DNA from: Pirellulales bacterium
GTDB taxonomy: Bacteria; Planctomycetota; Planctomycetia; Pirellulales; UBA1268
NCBI GenBank assembly: GCA_965249545.1
Contig: CBDFMH010000005.1
Span: forward strand, 1,095,116 to 1,159,115
Reading direction: 5' to 3'
Length of the DNA stretch: 64,000 nucleotides
Shown here: piece by piece, positions 62,809-64,000 of the stretch
Numbering within the stretch: position 1 is the first letter of the stretch
How the letters are laid out: each line of letters starts with the position of its first letter
The notes under the pieces: generated by a model
The model's input: only the letters and a program-made list of their open reading frames with translations
What the model was told of the DNA's origin: nothing
Databases searched by the model: none
Program-made: the position numbers and the translations under genes

Positions 62809-64000
62809 TCACACAAAGCTCTGAAGTGCTTCACCTGTGTAGCTTCGCAGCAACTTCTTTTGTTTCTGCTTGGCCCAACGCTCGGCATGAATGAAAATGT
62901 CTTCTGGAGGACCTTCCGCCACAATCTGCCCACCACCATCGCCAGCCTCAGGGCCCATATCGATCACCCAGTCGGCAGCAGCAATGACTTCAAGATTGTG
63001 TTCAACAACCAGCACCGTGTTGCCTGCCTCAACAAGTCGCTCAAGAACATGAAGCAATTTTTCAATGTCAGAAAAATGAAGGCCTGTGGTCGGTTCATCA
63101 AGAATATACAGCGTGCTGCCTGTGCCGGGTTTTGCCAGTTCTCGTGAAAGTTTCACACGTTGCGCCTCACCACCAGAAAGCTGTGGTGCCGGCTGCCCAA
63201 GGGTTAAATAGCCAAGGCCAACGTCAACAAGCGTTCCAAGAATGCGTGCAATCTGCGGAGCAGACTCAAATAGATGGGCTGCCTCAGCAATGCTCATCTC
63301 AAGCACGTCCGCAATCGATTTCCCATGCCACTTCGCATGCAGTGTCTCAGCTGAATATCGTCTGCCCTTACAGGTCTCACATTCAACCCACACGTCCGGC
63401 AGAAAATGCATCTCGACCCGTCGCCGCCCGAGTCCATCACAGGCTTCACAGCGGCCACCCGGTACATTGAAACTAAATGTGCGAGGCGTAAACCCACGGG
63501 TACGCGATTCAGGGAGCTTTGAAAACAGCTGTCGAATCGGGTCAAAAACACCAGTATAGGTTGCTGGTGTCGAACCCGGGGTCGAACCAATCGCATCCTG
63601 ATCAACAAGAATCACTTTGCTGATCTTATTCATCCCTTTGATGGAATCATGAGCTCCAGGCTGCTCCCGTGAGGCATGTAATCGTCGAGCAACTGCCCGC
63701 CACAGGACATCAAGCACAAGTGATGTCTTGCCAGAGCCACTCGGACCAGTCACGGCTGTCAAAACACCCAAAGGAAATTTCACATCAAGATTTTTCAGTG
63801 TGCGATGTCGAATGCCCTTGAGCTCGAGCCATTCTTCCGGTTCACGGCGCCCATGCTCATTTTTCTGCTCAAGCACGGCGTCGCAGGCACGTCGTGTTGA
63901 TAAGTACGGTCCAGTAATACTTGTTTTTATTTTTTCAAGTTTTTTGGGCGATGCCTGGGCCACAATCATGCCACCTTCTCGACCACTTCCAGGTCCAAAG
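62809..64000 (-). CDS. uvrA: Excinuclease ABC subunit A, C-terminal half (5' part beyond window end)
   Basis: Motifs: ...LKNLDVKFPLGVLTAVTGPSGSGKTSLV..., Zn-finger CEACDGLGRRRVEMHFLPDVWVECETCKGRRY, LSGGEAQRVKLSRELAK...LYILDEPTTGLHF...VVEHNLEVIAAADWVIDMGPEAGDGGGQIV. The frame stays open to nt 64000 (FGPGSGREGGMIV...). Confidence 0.9.
   Translation of the reverse strand, partial: FGPGSGREGGMIVAQASPKKLEKIKTSITGPYLSTRRACDAVLEQKNEHGRREPEEWLELKGIRHRTLKNLDVKFPLGVLTAVTGPSGSGKTSLVLDVLWRAVARRLHASREQPGAHDSIKGMNKISKVILVDQDAIGSTPGSTPATYTGVFDPIRQLFSKLPESRTRGFTPRTFSFNVPGGRCEACDGLGRRRVEMHFLPDVWVECETCKGRRYSAETLHAKWHGKSIADVLEMSIAEAAHLFESAPQIARILGTLVDVGLGYLTLGQPAPQLSGGEAQRVKLSRELAKPGTGSTLYILDEPTTGLHFSDIEKLLHVLERLVEAGNTVLVVEHNLEVIAAADWVIDMGPEAGDGGGQIVAEGPPEDIFIHAERWAKQKQKKLLRSYTGEALQSFV

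Overview
This 64-kb window reads like a Planctomycetota-type chromosome segment. That placement is an inference from four things: a sulfatase, giant secreted repeat proteins with basic 'LEPR..LA'-type N-termini, an ECF sigma paired with a VWA anti-sigma, and a BBP7-like barrel. No database search was possible, so every family call rests on motifs visible in the supplied translations.

Layout:
- 1-4.8 kb: a sulfatase 3' end and a large beta-helix secreted protein.
- 5.0-6.1 kb: a prepilin-peptidase homolog.
- 6.1-9.9 kb: a tRNA-Met(CAT) gene with two stacked ~1.84-kb integrase-less cassettes. Each is bounded by an 18-19 nt copy of the tRNA 3' end. Each carries an FkbM methyltransferase plus a member of an unrecognised 151-aa protein family.
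- 10.1-12.5 kb: a YeiH-type transporter and PPK2.
- 12.5-34.4 kb: a ~22-kb polysaccharide locus. It holds a CapD-like dehydratase, a TPR protein, a Wzy_C-type protein, Wzc, Wza, CpsB, a split transketolase, glycosyltransferases, a TylF-type and another methyltransferase, a phosphoglycosyl transferase, an aldo-keto reductase, WecB, a flippase-like and a polymerase-like protein.
- 34.6-37.7 kb: a cyclophilin fused to six near-identical 112-aa repeats.
- 38.0-43.1 kb: an ECF sigma with a VWA anti-sigma, then HflK and HflC.
- 43.4-44.4 kb: a BtuF-like binding protein.
- 44.7-61.0 kb: a ~16.2-kb gene for a ~5,400-aa surface protein. It has an M8-like protease domain, a degenerate metzincin motif, 585-bp tandem repeats and 8 FN3 domains.
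- 61.0-64.0 kb: a Cys-rich barrel protein and the uvrA 3' half.

At least 11 frameshifts interrupt 8 genes, and about half of them sit at short homopolymers. Most therefore look like indel errors. The three in cpsB and the compensating pair in wzc stand out from that background.

The best candidate for something undescribed is the tRNA-associated two-gene cassette pair.
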